Of a stretch of 45,962 bases of DNA, positions 1-12,493 are shown piece by piece; the stretch's first letter is position 1, and every line of letters starts with the position of its first letter. Position numbers and translations under genes: made by a program. Source of the DNA: Chiloscyllium plagiosum (taxonomy: Eukaryota). The notes under the pieces are model-generated. The model was not told the DNA's origin. It did not search any database and saw only the letters and a program-made list of their open reading frames with translations. The stretch covers positions 9,757,178-9,803,139 of the forward strand of contig NC_057720.1 in assembly GCF_004010195.1 (NCBI RefSeq), read 5' to 3'.

Positions 1-460
1 GGATTACCTTACACTGAAAGACTGGAGCGACTGGGCTTGTTACCCTTGAGTTTAGAAGACTGAGAGGGGATCTGATTGAGACAAATAAGATTTTTAAAGG
101 ATTGGACACTCTGGAGGCAGGAAACATATTTCCGCTGATGGGTGAGTGCCGAACCAGAGGACACAGCTTAAAAATACGAGGTAGACCATTTAGGACAGAG
201 ATGAGGAGAAGCTTCTTCACCCAGAGAGTGGTGGCTGTGTGGAATGCTCTGTCCCAGAGTGCAGTGGAGGCAGTGGAGTCTCTGGATTCATTGAAGGAAG
301 AGTTGGATAGAGCTCTCAAGGATAGTGGAATCAAGGGTTATGGAGATAAGGCAGGAACAGGATGCTGATTAAGGATGATCAGCCATGATCATATTGAATG
401 GTGGTGCAGGCTCAAAGGGCAGAATGGCCTACTCCTGCACCTATTGTCTATTGTCTATTG
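1..460 (+). mobile_element. CR1-type LINE 3' end (ORF2 C-terminus plus tail)
   Basis: ORF 102-368 reads RTRGHSLKIRGRPFRTEMRRSFFTQRVVAVWNAL, the typical CR1 ORF2 C-terminus. The element ends in a (CTATTGT)n microsatellite tail at 441-460. Confidence 0.9.
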
Positions 461-1660
461 ACTTCACTTTCTCCATTAGTCTACAATGTATGAAATGAAC
501 GTCCAGAGGAAGTGGTGGGTGGGGGGGGGGGTACAGTTACAGCGTTTTAAAGCCATTTCAGCCCAAAACATTGACTTTCCTACCCCTTAGATGCTGTCTG
601 ACCTGCTGTGTTCTTCCAGCTTCACGTCTATTCACAATATATCCTTCGATCTTTAGCTTGTACCAACATATCTGACTGATGTGGGATATACTCAGTTGGC
701 TGCATTGTAGGCCAGATTGATCATAATAGCACAGATTTCCATCTGCATTTTGGCGGAAGTGGACTTGGGGCCTGCCCCCTTTGCTTTATACATAGCAAAG
801 GATCTTGGCACATTGATGTGATTCTACAAAAGGATCCTGCCTTCAGGCAGAGGACTATCAGCTCCAACTACGACAACGCTCAGTAAAACATGCTTGACCA
901 TGATAGGAGAGAACATGCACATTGAATATCCTCATGTCAGGACTAAGTTATAGTTGAAGATCAGATAGTTTTTTTAAAAAATGAACTAGTATTTATATCA
1001 AACTTTTCATGACCAGGATGTCCCAAAACATTGTCAGAAAGAAAGTAGAGAGCAAAGCCAAAGGTAACAGAAGGAAGGTAGGATCTCATTGAATTTCGTC
1101 ATCCAAAATAACATTTCCAAAAGCACAGTGGTCCCTTGGCATTACACTGTCAGTGTTGAACTTTGTATTCAAGTCCCTGTCGTGGCAATTGAACTTACAA
1201 TCTTCTCGGTGAGATGCGCCGAATACAGCCGGCACAGGCATAATTAACTTGACAATTCCAGGTAGCGTACAGAGTAATGGTTAGGTCACTGACAACCAGA
1301 AGGTCCCCCATAGCAACCAACAAGGAAAGACAAATTCAGTACAAACTCAATTATCTCATATATGCTTCAGAGGCAAAATAGATCTGTCAAATTCACAGCA
1401 CAGGTAGCAAGGCACAACAAATGTACTGAGTCGATATTGTTGGCAGAGTGCAGACTGGAGGGGCTGAATAGTTGATGCTAAAATTTGTTGAAAGACATTT
1501 TATTGCAGAGGGATTGGGCAAAGAATGGGCAAGACACAGGCAGGTCTCGCAACTACTTGTGCACCCAAGACATACGTCTGAGGATTTGGTAAACCTGCTC
1601 ATCCATAAATGGCCTTTAGTAGAGCTCTTGCTTAGCTGAGAACTAATGTCATCTTGCGTC

Positions 1661-3037
1661 ATCGAGTCATAGAGATGTACAGCATGGAAGCAGACCCTTC
1701 GGTCCAACCTGTCCATGCCGACCAGATATTCCAACCCAATCTAGTCCCACCTGCCAGCACCCAGCCAATATCCCTCCAAACCCTTCCTATTCAAATGCTT
1801 CTTAAATGTTGCAATTGTACCAGCCTCCACCACATCCTCTGGCAGCTCATTCCATACATGTACCACCTTCTGCGTGAAAAAGTAGCCCCTTAGGTCTCTT
1901 TTATATATTTCCCCTCTCACCCTAAACATATGCAGTCTAGTTCTGGACTCCCCGATCCCAGGGAAAAGACTTTGTCTATTTATTCTATCCATGCCCATCA
2001 TAATTTTGTAGACCTCTGTAAGGTCACCCGTCAGCCTCCAACGCTCCAGGGAAAACAGCCCCAGCCTGTTCAGCCTCTCCCTATAGCTCAAATCCTTTCA
2101 CAACATCTTTCCGATAGGAAGGAGACCAGAATTGCATGCAATGTTCCAACAGTGGTCAAACCATTGTCCTCTACGGCTGCAACATGACCTCCCAACTCCT
2201 GTACTCAATACTCTGACCAATAAAGAAAAGTTTACCAAACACCTTCTTCACTATCCTATCTATCTTCGACTCTACTTTCAAGGAGCAATGAACCTGCACT
2301 CCAAGGTCTCTTTGTTCAGCAACACTCCCTAGGACCTTACCATTAAGTGTATACGTCCTGCTAAGACTTGCTTTCCCAAAATGCAGCACCTCGCATTTAC
2401 CTAAATTAAACTCCATCTGCCACTTCTCAGCCCATTGGCCCATCTGGTCAAGATCTTGTAACCTAAAACCTCTTCGCTGTCCACTACACCTCCAATTTTG
2501 GTGTTATCTGCAAACTTAGTAACTGTACCTCTTATGCTCGCATCCAAATCATTTATGTAAATGACAAAAAGTAGAGGGCCCAGCACCAATCCTTGTGGCA
2601 CTCCACTGGTCACAGGCTTCCAATCTGAAAAACAACCCTCCACCACCACCCTCTGTCTTCTACCTTTGAGCTAGTTCTGTATCCAAATGACTAGTTCTTC
2701 CTCTATTCCATGAGATTTAATTTTGCTAATCAGTCTCCCATAGGGAACCTTGTCGAACGCCTTACTGAAGTCCATATAGATCACATCTACCGCTCTGCCC
2801 TCATCAATCCTCTTTGTTACTTCCTCAAAAAACTCAATCAAGTTTGTGAGACATGATTTCCCACACACAAAGCCATGTTGACTATCCCTAATCAGTCCTT
2901 GCCTTTCCAAATCCATGTGCATCCTGTTCCTCAGGATTCCCTCCAACAACTTGCCCACCACCGAGATCAGGCTCACCGGTCTATAGTTCCCTGGCTTGTC
3001 CTTACTACCCTTCTTAAACAGTGGCACTACGTTAGTC
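1661..3037 (-). mobile_element. 5'-truncated CR1 LINE (HER1-like), frameshifted RT region through the 3' end
   Basis: Minus-strand ORFs give PGNYRPVSL, SQHGF...SCLTNLIEFFEEV, YMDFSKAFDKVP, SGVPQG.VLGPLLF.IYINDLD, KFAD, W.M.FN..KC, and ERLNRLGLFSLE...FFTQKVVHVWNELP. Confidence 0.95.
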
Positions 3038-3074
3038 AATTGCTTCTTTTTTTCCACTTGTCCTTGGGCTGTGG

Positions 3075-3650
3075 GCATTATTGGCAAGGTTAGTGCTTCT
3101 TGCCAACCATAAGTACCCTTGGGGAGATGGTGACGAGTTACTTTCTTGGACTACTACAGTTTGTGGCATGTAGGGACATCCATAGCACAAACAGGAAGGA
3201 AGGTACAGAGAGTTTGACAGAGCTTTGATATAATTCAAAGTCAGGATGGCAATTACCTTGGAGAGGGCTTTCACTTGGGGGTGTTCCTTTGCATCTGCTA
3301 CTCTTGTCCTTCGAGGTTGTAAAGGAAGGTGCTGTCAAAGAGATTACTTTTTCATCTTGCAGATGACACACTGTGCACTCATAGTGCAAGGAATGAATGT
3401 TGATCATGATGGATGTGGTGCCAGTCAGGTGGACTGCTTTGTCCTGGATGTTCTCAAGTGTGATTGGAACTGCACCCATCCTGGTAAGTGGGGCATTTTC
3501 CATCACACTCCTGCCTTGTGCTATGTGGACAGGCAGTAGGGCCTTCGGAGATGAATTACTTGCCTCAGAACTGTTCTTGTAGCCACAGTGGTTTGTCACA
3601 CAACAATCTTGATGATGGGGAGTCCAGTGATGGTGATGTCATTGCATCAA
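3075..3650 (-). mobile_element. Degenerate LINE of a second CR1/L2-superfamily family (family B), 3' part
   Basis: ORF 3138-3599 contains AQGRSVMENAPL..MGAVP.TLENIQDKAVHL.G....NIHSLH, a decayed RT C-terminal block. Related copies occur at 26345, 40180 and 45445. Confidence 0.7.
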
Positions 3651-5254
3651 GGGGTAAGGGAAGAAAACAGAAATATGGCTTTAATGTGGAGGAGAAGCAT
3701 GGTTGCCTTGAATGGGAAAGCAGGCTCAAAGAGCTGAATGGCCTCTCTTTCCTCCTAGTCTCCATGTGCGTCAAGAAGAGGGGACCCTTCACTGGCACTT
3801 GTGACACATGGATGTCATTTGATCCTGGGCTTTCAATGATAGGCCACTCCAATGCATCCCTTCCCCTCCATGCAAGTACCAGGTTTCCCCAGTCAGCACT
3901 CTTTAAGTATTTTGAGCCCAAAAAAAAACTACAGATGCTGGAGAAGCTCAGCAGCTCTGGCAGCATCTGTGAAGAGAGAGCAGAGTTACCTTTTGGAACA
4001 CACTTTCCACAGCACAGTTGGGAATTGAACCTGGACTGTTTGGCCGAGAGAGACACCACTACACGCCACATGAGTTCTGAGTATCCACAGCCAGGTCTAT
4101 AAGGATCAAGGATTAAAGCTCCTGTTTGCAACTTGTTGATCATCTAGTGTTTCTTCCACCCTCTGACAAGCATTTCCCCTTCTGGATTGTGCTCCAGCAA
4201 GGTTTGTGCTTTGACGTGTTAATTACATTGCTGCATGTTCAGAGACGTTGTGCTTTTCTTGCCTTGACCCTCTCACCCCCACCTCCCACTGTTAATCATA
4301 ACCCACAATCGCTCTGGAGGAAGGAAGCTGTCAATTTGTTTTGGAATTCGGAATCTGAATAATCTCTTTGCATTGTGTCTCTTTTGTGTGACTGCGATGG
4401 ACTTGGCACTATTGTTTACAAAGTCACCATGAAACCGTTTTGTAAAAACAAGAGTGTTTCTCTGTTAGCCGATACCATTGTCTCAGAGAGAGTTTCCTAC
4501 TTTGGTGAAGTTCTCGGCAGCAATCAGCAGACGTTGACAGTGAAAGCAGCTCTCCCCAATCCTCCCACACGCCCACATACCCCACACACCCCACCCAGCT
4601 TTGTTGCGAGCCTGTGACTGTAGCCTGCCGCTATTTAGAAATGTTAGAGTATCTTTGTTGTCTCTGAGAAGGTCACCGCAATTGGTCAGCGCTTTACATA
4701 TCTTGCTTTCATGCGTGTAGCCCCTTTTGGTTTTGATGTGATGGGACATTGTGTGGAGCTCTGGCAGGGGCCCAGGGAAAACAATGGAGCCTCAACTGAA
4801 GCAAAAGCTCATGTGGCCCATCCATTACTCACTGTCCGCCTCACATCAGCCAGCTCAAACAGAAAGGAAGATACGCTGCAGAAAGCAATGAAAGAAAGTC
4901 CTGCCTTCTGGCTGTCTTTGTGTCTTCAGGATGTACAAAGTCCCATGTAGTCAGCATAGTGCCTTTGAAGTCCCGTCACTCTGTAATGTCGGAAACACTC
5001 ACCCACTTTAAGCACGGTAAAACGGTAAGCTCGCCATCGTCCCAGAGGACCATGGAGGCTACTCTCTCAGTTGAGAGAGACAACAGATGGTGGGTTTAAC
5101 CTGAAGGTCAGCATACTTCAGGCGATGTTGAGAAGGTGGGACCTTCGCCAGGGTATGGGGTGGGAAGTCACTTGGCTGGACTAGAAAGTAATGGTGACAG
5201 CGTGTGGGTTTGATTGGCTGAGGTCACTGGCACGGTAAGGTCCCATAAACAGCG

Positions 5255-5442
5255 AAAGGTAAGGCCACCATAGTCCCACTAGTGGGGAGAATTGCTAAGT
5301 GTGTTTGATCCTGACAGTCTCCATGCTTCAGGCAAGGGTGAGAAGGCAAGAGCATCATGGTAACATCAGTGCAGGAATAGAACCCACACTGTTGGTATCA
5401 CTGCACATCACAAGCTAGCTTTCCAGCCAACTGAACTAATCA
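5255..5442 (-). mobile_element. tRNA(Ile-like)-derived SINE, decayed
   Basis: The minus strand begins TTAGTTCAGTTGGCTGGA (A box) and has GGGTTCTATTCC (B box). A partial second copy lies at ~5025-5150 and a further copy at 19315-19530. Confidence 0.6.
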
Positions 5443-6269
5443 GACATTGCCTGAGGTGTTAGGTATTAGCCAGGACAATGGAGATTCTTCTTCAGTCTGC
5501 AAGCCACCCCAAACTCAGGCAAGGTTTTGGTACTTTGTCTCACCTGGAACGCATCAGTTTCAATGCTCTTTGGAATTGGGCTTGAACTCCCAACCTTCAG
5601 TTCAAAGGTCAGCATGCTAAGACCGCCAGAGCCTCCATAGCCCACCCTTACCATGAGATAGGTCTCTCACACACCGTCTCCCTCAGGCAGTCTCTTGTAA
5701 CACTAACTCTTGCAGCATCAGCCAAACAAAACAGAGGGGGAGGTGAAGAAGCCTGCTGCAGATTTCAGGAAATCCTGAGGAAGTTCTTCTTGAATCCCGT
5801 AGCTAATCAAGCACATTCCAGACAATCATGGTTATCGCTGGCAATGCCTGCAAATATACTGGACCGACTCACATGCCCTTTTTGCCCCCCTCAACAATTG
5901 ACATTTCCTAATATATCAAGAGCCTCGTATTGTGCAGGATGTAAAATGGCCACTTGTATCATGAGGGTATTTCCAAAGGTCACTGATTCCTAATCCATTT
6001 CTTCTTCCACAACTCGTTTGCCATGAATACGATATTTATAACACTGTCAGTTTTCTGACAATCTTTGCTCCTCTGCGGTCTATACCAGATATTTGGCATC
6101 TTCTGTAAAAAGAAATTATTCCACTTTGGTGGTGATCTTTATTTATCTCAGCCTGCCAAAGGACATTGAAACAGGCCATTCTGCCCTTCAAATGTAATTC
6201 CACTATTCACTTAAATTGTGGCTGACCTGTATCTTAATGCTGCTTCACTTCTGTCCGCTTTGATACATA

Positions 6270-7352
6270 AAAACATAGGACAGAGAAACAACAAGAGCTT
6301 TCGGTTCTGCTCCACCATTCGATACAATCAAGGTTGATCATTCAACGCAGTCCCTTGTTCCTGTCTTTCTCCCCAGACCTTTTGATCCCTTTAACCCTGA
6401 GAACTATATCTAACCCCTCCTGAAAACATTCGAAATTTTGGCTTCGACCACTTTGTGTGGCAAAGAATTCCACAGGCTCCCCACTCTCTGGCTGAAGACA
6501 TTTCCCCTCATCTCAGTCCTATCATTTAGGGGAAAACAATGGCCTAGTGGTGGTATCCCTGGACTGTTAATCCAGAGGCCTAGATAATGTTCTGGGGACT
6601 TGTTTTGAAATCCCACTATTCAAAATAGTGGAATTTGAATTCAATAAAAATCTAGAATTACGAATCTACTAACCAACGTGAATCCATTGTGAATTGTCAG
6701 AAAATCCATCCGGTTCACTAACGTCTTTTAGGGAAAGAAACTACCGTTCTTACCTGGTCTGGCCTACATGTGAGTCCAAACCCACAGCAATGTGGTTGAC
6801 CTTTAACAGCCCTAGAGGCAATTGGGGATGGACAATAAACACTGGCCAAGCCAGCAATGCCTTCAGCCTGTGAATGAATATTGAAAAATGTCCCTGTATC
6901 CTTCAACTGTAACCCCTGGTTCCAAATGCCTGGTCAGCCAGATCATATATCCTATATTTACTCTGTCTAGTTATGAAACAATTTTATCTGTTTCTATGAG
7001 ATCACCCCTTATTCTTCTAAACTGCAGTGAACATAATCTTAATCAATCCAATCTGTCTTCATAAGTCAGTCCTGCCGTCCTAGGAACCAATCTGGTAAAC
7101 TTTGACTACTCTCCCTCCATCGCCAGAATATCTTTCCTCAGATAAAGAGACCAAAACTGCACACATAACTCTAAATGTAGTCTCACCAAGGCCCTGTACT
7201 GTTGCAGCAAGACATCCCTGCTCCTGTACTCGAATCCTCTCGCTATGAAGGCCAACATGCCATTTGCCTTCTTCACCCCTTGCTGAACCTGCAATGCTTG
7301 TTTTCAGGGACTGGTGTACAAGGACACCGGGGCTTATTGCACTTCCTCCTTT
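6270..7352 (-). mobile_element. CR1 LINE 3' fragment interrupted by a SINE
   Basis: Minus-strand ORFs give VKKANGMLAFIARGFEYRSRDVLLQ.YRALVRLHLE.CVQFWS and RTEMRGNVFSQRVGSLWNSLP. The fragment is split by the insertion at ~6527-6882. Confidence 0.85.
6527..6882 (+). mobile_element. tRNA-derived SINE family B (tail shared with LINE family B)
   Basis: Head is TGGCCTAGTGG...GAAATCCCAC. Tail GGCAATTGGGGATGGACAATAAACACTGGCC...TGAATGAATA matches the reverse complement of the LINE-B end at ~45445-45510. Paralogues at 8748, 18155 and 21390. Confidence 0.75.
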
Positions 7353-7799
7353 AGAAAAGAAGGCAACCAATCGCGATTTTCAATTGATTTCCTGTCTCCC
7401 AGTTTTCTGGAATAATGTGTATCAGATTTTGTAGAAATGCTTTCAGACATCACCCCTTAAAGGGCCAGCTCTAATGTTTCAGCCACATCTCCTTTATCTA
7501 CACTCTCCACATCAAAACAATTTTTAAAAGTCTCTCTATCCATCCTATCAACCCTTTAACCTAGTTGGCATGGATGAGTTGGCCCGAAGTGTCTGTTTCT
7601 GTGCTGTACATCTCTATGACTGTAAATGTGACACAGTAACTCAGTGGTTAGCAGTGCTGCGTCACAGGGCTGAGGGAAAGAGGAGGTTAGCACAGTCTTA
7701 AGTGATGGCCTTCTTTGTTACATGATTATATGAAAGATTAATTTGTCATCTTTTGCTTCAGATAGTGAATCTCTAAAGCTATGCTCCAGGACCATTTTC

Positions 7800-8025
7800 C
7801 TTTTAATGTTTTTCTTTAACAGATGTTTATCTAACTCTCTTTTAAGCACTGTGCCTGGACCATCTATAATAGTACAGTTAGCCTCCTGGGACATATGGCA
7901 TGAATCCCTGGAGTTGTATATCTTTAAGATCCTACTCACCTTTTCCAACGTTGTTGCACAATGTGCTGACGATTTAAATGTGTTTTCCACTAAAACGCTC
8001 AGATCCGTCTTTTGTGTCACTTTCA
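7800..8025 (-). mobile_element. Ancient CR1 fragment
   Basis: TQKTDLSVLVENTFKSSAHCATTLEKVSRIL resembles the CR1 block EKDLGV.V...LK.S..C..A.KKA.R.L. It is followed by LKRELDKHL. Confidence 0.55.
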
Positions 8026-8424
8026 GTTGCTTGTTCCCATTAATTTTGCTCTCTCAGTTGTTCTGTTCTATTTCCACAGATATGCATTAAGCAGCTTCCA
8101 CTTGTACCCAGGCTCCCTGTCTGTCGAATCCTTTAACTGCTGGCCCTCTATTTATGGCTGCTCCCACTGTGATAGTATTTAGTCAATCCATTGATCTTTG
8201 TTATCACCAACTCCTCCAGATCATTAATGACCATTGCAAACTACAGTGCCCCCCGCCCCACTTCCCCTACTCTACTCTCCTGGACAGGCACCATGACACA
8301 AGAGTCACTTCTTTTAATGGAGACATTGCTCATTCAACAATTATCTGCCCTGACTCGCCCAGTTAGTTGCTGACTTCCAGATCTCTCAACTCAATCTGTG
8401 TTCTTTCTTCTGCCTTCCACCTCA

Positions 8425-8745
8425 GGGGATAGCACATTCACCTTGACATCAAGATCTTTGAGGGTTCAAATCTCATTTGAAAGACTGCCTTATCGAACCT
8501 GACATTCCAATGCCATACTGAGAAAGTGTTACATTATTGAAGGTTCCTCCTTTCAGATGAGATGTTACATTGAAGCAGTGGCTATCATCTTCAGGGGACA
8601 TAACAGATCCCATGCCCAATGTCAAAGGGCAGGGGAGTTCTCCCTTTTGTCCTGGTTAATAACTATCCCTTAACAACATTACCCAAACCAGATGATCTGA
8701 TCACTGTTTCACTGTCATTTGTGTGAATTATTACTGCATACAAAT
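8425..8745 (+). mobile_element. Deu-domain SINE (SacSINE1/AmnSINE1-like), decayed
   Basis: CCTTTCAGATGAGATGTTA...AGATCCCATG...GCAGGGGAGTTCTCCC...GTCCTGG...AATAACTATCCCT matches the recalled Deu-domain core. Other copies at ~15260-15440, 32600-32880 and 39470-39600. Confidence 0.65.
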
Positions 8746-8747
8746 TA

Positions 8748-9040
8748 TGGTAATATCACGGGGCTAATGATCCAGAAACCTGGGCTAATGACCTGGTGAC
8801 ATGAGGTCAAATCCCACCACAACTGTTGGTAACCTTTGAATTCAATAAAAAAAAGTCTAGCCTAATGGCAATTGTGAACCCACTGAAAATTGTTATAAAA
8901 CCTCATTTGGTTCACTAATGCCCTTCAGGGAAGGAAATTGGCCATTCTTACCTGGTCTGGCCAGCAACCCACTCCAGAGCTTTGGGAAGTTAGGAATGGA
9001 CAGTAAATGCTGGCCTTGCCAGCGACACCCACATCTTGGA
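8748..9040 (+). mobile_element. SINE family B copy
   Basis: Colinear with 6527-6882: AAATCCCACCAC...TGAATTCAATAAAAA...GGTTCACTAATGCCCTTCAGGGAAGGAAA...TACCTGGTCTGGCC. Confidence 0.7.
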
Positions 9041-9382
9041 AACAATTTTTTTTAAAATAAAGGTTACGTCACGCAAGTGTCTCACCAGTCCAGGTTCAGG
9101 TGAGTGATGGCTACTCAGGTGTCAGTTGAGGTCCTACAGATGAGTTAAACGCACCTAATTAAAGAGGAGAATCGGTCACAGTTCCCACTTCTGACTTCTA
9201 TCAGGGAGGCTTCGCTCACCCTACATTTACAGCGAACAGCTTTTCAGTAACTAACAAGTGGAATCAGTGAGTGTGAAAGGTAGTTACTGAACGAGATACA
9301 TCAATATTGAGCCACGATCATTTTGACAGGTGAAGAAGGCTCAAAGGGGCTGAATAACCTGAACCTGCTCCAATTTATATTC

Positions 9383-9745
9383 ACAAAGAACAAAGAACAA
9401 TACTACACAGGCACAGGCCCTTCAGCCCACCAACCTTGTGTCAATTTCTAATCCTTATTTAGGCCTCCTACTTATTGCCCATACATAGTTTCTATCCCTT
9501 AATTCCTCTCCCGTTCATGCATCTATCAAGATACCTCTTAAACACTGCTAACATGCCTGCTTTCACCACGAGTAGCGTGTTCCAGGCACCCACCACCCTC
9601 TGTGAGAAAACTGTTCCCCGCATTTCTCTCTCTCAAACTTTTCCCTTCTCACCTTGAACCTTGCCCTCTTGTAGTTGACCTTTCCACCTTGGGCAAAAGC
9701 CTCTGACTACCCACCCTATCTATGCCTCTCATAATTTTGATGACC
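9383..9745 (-). mobile_element. CR1 LINE 3' fragment
   Basis: Reverse complement of a CR1 3' end (AAAATTATGAGAGGCATAGATAGGG...CACAGAGGGTGGTGGGTGCCTGGAAC) with a short AAGAACAA repeat tail. Confidence 0.75.
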
Positions 9746-10539
9746 TGAGAGGATTAATTGAAATTATTGAATAAGCTCTATCCATCAGGATATAAAGGAC
9801 TTTAAATTCTTTTAAGACAGAGGTAGAGTGATTCTTGATTATTAATGAGAAGAAAGAGTATTGGAGATATGGAGGAATGTAGATTTGAGGTGAAACTGAG
9901 ATCATCCATGATCATATAGCATGATAGTGCAGACTTAAAGGACCAAGTGGCCTAATCTTATTCCTTGTTTATATGTTCATATATAGTGTATTTGAGAAAA
10001 GCTAACTGGTGTTCCTTATGTGTTTCATTTGTTCAGTTGTCTCTAAGTTGTGTAGTATCTATATTCACGAGCATTTTATTTTGAGTATGCTTTGATGTCT
10101 TACAAAGGACACATGTGAATCTCAATGGAAAAAAGTACCATATAATTAAACTATTCTGATCATCAAGTCTGAACCTATCTTTGACTGAAGACTTTTACGT
10201 GGACATCCTTCCCAATTCAGTATTGGTAACTTAGACTAAGACAGAAAAGAACATCTTTTGGGAATCCATGTATAATACACCAATGGCTTTGCTCTCATCA
10301 ACACTCTGTTACCTCTTCAAAAGACTCCAGCAAGTCAGCCAGACACAGTTTTCCCCTAAAGAAATCCATACTGCCTCTTCCACACCAACCCACATTTTAC
10401 CAAGTGGATATACTCCAAGATGATTCAGCTGGATGCAACCATAACAGATACAATGCCGGCAGATCTGGCATGCGAAAAATTAGCATGACAACAGCGGCTA
10501 GGATCCTGTCACATATAGTACCAACAACCCTTGGTGCTA

Positions 10540-10866
10540 GGGAAGGTATGGTGGCTCAGTGGCTAGCACTGCTGCCTCACAGCGCCAGGGACCCGGGTTC
10601 AATTCCAGCCTTGGGTGACTGTCTGTGTGGAGTTTGCACATTCTCCCCGTGTCTGTGTGGGTTTCCTTCGGATGCTCTGGTTTCCTCCCACAGTCCAAAG
10701 CTGTGCAAATCAGGTGAATTGGCCATGCTAAATTGCCCGTAGTATTAGATGCATTAGGCAAAGGGAAATGGGACTGGGTGGGTTACTCTTCGGAGGGTCA
10801 GTGTGGACTTGTTAGGCCGAAGGGCCTGTTTCACACTGTAGGGAATCTAATCTAATCTAATCTAAT
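10540..10866 (+). mobile_element. HE1-type V-SINE, full length
   Basis: A box TGGCTCAGTGG, B box GGTTCAATTCC, V-domain TGTGTGGAGTTTGCACATTCTCCCCGTGTCTG.GTGGGTTTCC, CR1-derived tail GGGCCTGTTTC, and an (AATCT)n end. Confidence 0.9.
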
Positions 10867-12213
10867 ATATGAAGAACACCCAACCAGCTATTACTACTGG
10901 CAACTGATAGGAGGAAATGGGTTTAAAGCTGTCAATGAAAACCAAGTTTCATGGTTCATCATCTAGGTTAGAATTCACTCATTGATAAACCATAATAAGT
11001 AGAATGGATGGCTTTGAGGTATGTAGAGAAGAGGTGTTGGAAATTCTGGAAAAGGTGAAAATAGATTGCTTATTTTACTCTCTGCAAGATTACAATCACC
11101 ATTATTTTAAAAGCCAGCACTTTCATCCAACACTTCAAACTTCATGCAATCAGCATTTTCAAACTTCTAATAAAATACCTCGTTTTGAGAAGAGCCCATT
11201 ATGTGAACCCTTAATCAGTTAAGTGTCACCATTCCACTCTTACACAGCCTAAGCTAACGGAATAGAGAGAGGACTATAGCGCACAAGCAGAAAGCCTCCC
11301 CTGAGAACATCATTGAGGGCAGCTTTTTCTTTATTCTTTTCATCATTTTTCTTTTTTGAAACTTTTACTCTTCACAAAATACTTTCCAACAGTTCATGTG
11401 AGATGACTGCAGCACTCTTATCATATAATAAGTGGCAAGTCTCCCAAATAAATCACTTTATCAATAGCAATAACACACAATATAAATTATGGATGAGCTC
11501 AGTAAGTATTCTATATCCTTTTGTTTAAAGTGAATGGCAGAAAATATTCCTTGGGAATTAATTGGATCAATTTGGAATAAACTTTAAAGAATCTAATCAT
11601 CTTCTGATGCTAGCATTATGTGTCCAAAAGGTGAAGTTAATGGTGTTATCTATTCAGAGTGAGATAATAGGGTACACAAATAATGTATGAAAATGTCTTG
11701 TTAAACTAATTTGAATTTTCATCTTTCTGTGGATTCATTTATCACATGAGATGAAACATGGAGAAATCCTATTTGAAAATGGTAATAAGGTGATTTCTTT
11801 TGTGTATGGAACATTTCCCCACAGTACTTGTGTTTGCTTTTGAAGAATCAACTCTGAAATGCATGCAACAATTCCCTGCCTCAAATCAAACTCCGCAGAG
11901 CACAGCACTCATTGTAATCAAAGTGATGAGACGAACAACACTCATGCAGTTTTCCAACCATTATCTTCCTTTACACAGTGGGGCATGTTAAATGTAAACA
12001 ATTCACTATAAAATAGGTGTTGGTTGCATGGTAGCCTAGTCAGGGTGCATCGAAGAGGAAAGTGCTTGGTACGAGGTGAGGGATGAACTCAGAGGTTATC
12101 AGAGTGCATCCGTTTCAGAGATGAATTATTGAATCTATTTGTGGAGCACAGGTAGAGATCAAAACATTTTGTAAAACCTCTTTATACAATTCTTACTTCT
12201 CAGTTCAAGCACA

Positions 12214-12360
12214 CATTTCCATTCTTCCTGCCTTGCTTTCCTTTTAAGATATTTTAAGACTTTTTGAATAATTGACCTGTTCAGGCATTTCTATTCTTCC
12301 TGCCCTGCTTTCCTTTTAACATATTTTAAGACTATTTTATTAATTAACCTGCTCAGGCAT
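12214..12360. repeat. Imperfect tandem duplication, ~72-bp unit x2
   Basis: CATTTCCATTCTTCCTGCCTTGCTTTCCTTTTAAGATATTTTAAGACT...CCTGTTCAGG at 12214 is repeated at 12286 with a few substitutions. Confidence 0.85.
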
Positions 12361-12493
12361 ATTCTGACACACACCCAGAGCAAGTGCAACTCGAACCTGG
12401 GCCATCTAGCCCAGAGGTAGCGACAGTACCACCACGTTACAAAGATTGTATAGAAATTGTGACTGTAATTCAACAGCTCAGACCACATTACCA

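Noticed and set aside
3488..4143. Overlapping 204-aa and 192-aa ORFs on opposite strands
   Set aside because: They span a patchwork of LINE, CR1-tail, PLE and SINE fragments, with no recognisable domain or splice structure.
4429..4617. CACCATGAAACCG... as ADGRL4 coding exon 1
   Set aside because: There is no hydrophobic signal-peptide start, no suitable phase-1 donor nearby, and no EGF1 exon found downstream.
5880..6103. Minus-strand acceptor TTTCTTTTTACAG followed by possible coding sequence
   Set aside because: All three frames hit stops, with no convincing donor or recognisable homology.
7930..8025. Minus-strand AAG|GTGAGT donor suggesting an antisense exon
   Set aside because: The upstream peptide is a decayed CR1 RT block, so the donor is probably coincidental.
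10540..10620. tRNA gene calls at A/B-box motifs (also 22721, 23109 and others)
   Set aside because: They continue directly into SINE bodies and lack a complete cloverleaf, so they are SINE heads.
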